This document shows, one piece after another, positions 62,863-64,000 of a DNA stretch of 64,000 bases (position 1 is the first letter of the stretch; each line of letters begins with the position of its first letter). Below the pieces are notes generated by a model. It did no database searches. It was not told the DNA's origin and worked only from the letters and a program-made list of their open reading frames with translations. The DNA is taken from NCBI RefSeq assembly GCF_004010195.1, contig NC_057720.1, positions 23,561,105 to 23,625,104 on the forward strand, in the 5' to 3' direction. Source of the DNA: Chiloscyllium plagiosum. Taxonomy: Eukaryota. The translations under genes and the position numbers were made by a program.

Positions 62863-62933
62863 TGAAACAAAAATATTCTTCAAATCAGTCTAAAGAGCTA
62901 AACTTGGCTTGTATGGCAAAGATAATGCTTCAA

Positions 62934-63013
62934 TTCGCCGAGCTGGAAGTTTTTGTTGCGAACAGAACCACAACAACGAGCACCCGAGCTACAAATCTTC
63001 GCACAAACTTTGA
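62934..63013. mobile_element. 80-bp insertion, probably a Penelope terminus (family D)
   Basis: Perfect 12-bp TSD ATAATGCTTCAA at 62922-62933 and 63014-63025; CpG-rich, so young. Confidence 0.7.
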
Positions 63014-63719
63014 ATAATGCTTCAAACTAATTTTAAAGGGGCCATTGGTAGCATAGAGGGCCTGGCAGTGAAGGTTATATTGGGTATTTGCTACGAATTG
63101 TAAACTAAAAGAAAACATATAACCTTTTTAGAGGCAGAATGTTGCATGATTGAGGTAATAACTGATCAGAATTTTTTTAAAAAATTCATAAAAACATAAT
63201 GTGCAGTGTGAGACAAATCCTGATCCCCAAAAGTTCCATTTTTTTTTCCAAAGTGGACAAATTAAAGAACTGGAATTATGAAAGTGCATAAAGAGAACAG
63301 GAAGTTAGGGACATTAAAAGGAGTTACCATTGAGGAACAGAGTAGTGAGAATGTAAAACATAACAATGACACTATTCCCACTTTACACCTAAGTACAATG
63401 CCAAGGTACTTAGTAATTGAAGGTTAGCTCAATTGACTGAATAGCTGCTCTGTTATTCGAGAGTGATGCCAACAGCAAAGGTTCTATTCCTACATTAGTT
63501 GAAATTGGTATGAGGGATTCTCCTCAAGATTTGCCTGAGGTGCGGTGACTCTCCGATGAGAGGTCTGTCCTTTATATCGTTACCTGACGTAGCAATATCA
63601 CCTTACTTTCATCAAGGACATATATGTTGCCCCTTCATCCTCTAGTTATTGGTTATAAAGCTATAGTTCCTTCTTATGAGCCAGGACTCATATATTACAA
63701 GACTCCACTTGCTTTCGTA

Positions 63720-63828
63720 ACAGAAGTGGCACAGCAGTTAGCACTGCTGCCTCACAATGCTAGAGACCTGGGTTCAATTCCCATCTCGTTGAGCCGAAGG
63801 GCCTGTTTCCACACTGTAAGTAATCTAA
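63720..63828 (+). mobile_element. Internally deleted HE1 SINE (head and tail only)
   Basis: tRNA head joined to GCCGAAGGGCCTGTTTCCACACTGTAAGTAATCTAA. Confidence 0.8.
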
Positions 63829-64000
63829 TAAAAAAAGTATCGCCTCTCCCCAATAGGAGTCAATATTAAATAACGCCATCAACAATCAAGTATTTATAAT
63901 GTTAAAGTTTTCATATTGTTCCAGTCAGTTTCTGTCCAATTTCATACATGTTAATGATGCCCATGACCTCCCATGAGCAGTTTGTATCTGTAAGTAATTT

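Noticed and set aside
1..64000. CRISPR arrays, operons, rRNA or functional tRNA genes
   Set aside because: Eukaryotic DNA with no regularly spaced repeat-spacer array; all tRNA-like sequences are decayed or SINE heads.

Overview
Repeat-dense, AT-rich vertebrate genomic DNA. It is almost certainly from a shark, judged from HE1/V-SINEs, HER1/CR1 LINEs and shark-type Penelope and Harbinger elements. There are three assembly gaps (20796-21350, 27816-28315, 56063-56469). I found no supportable host protein-coding exon; every recognisable ORF is a decayed transposable element. Main content: many CR1 LINE copies (one with an SGNH-esterase ORF1); at least four Penelope-like (PLE) families, several carrying minimal hammerhead ribozyme motifs and forming fold-back insertions with 10-16 bp TSDs; Harbinger/PIF remnants (Myb/SANT and HARBI1); SINEs; and solo LTRs. 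The most notable feature is a heavily nested, minus-strand endogenous retrovirus remnant at about 40844-45760 (gag-like, integrase, env, PPT, 3' LTR). Its hand-reconstructed Env resembles the paramyxo/pneumovirus-F-like Env of lokiretrovirus-type elements. It is interrupted by a chimeric retroposon made of an inverted integrase fragment, an intron-like-insert tRNA-Pro and a tRNA-Val. All family assignments come from my own motif recognition, not database searches.
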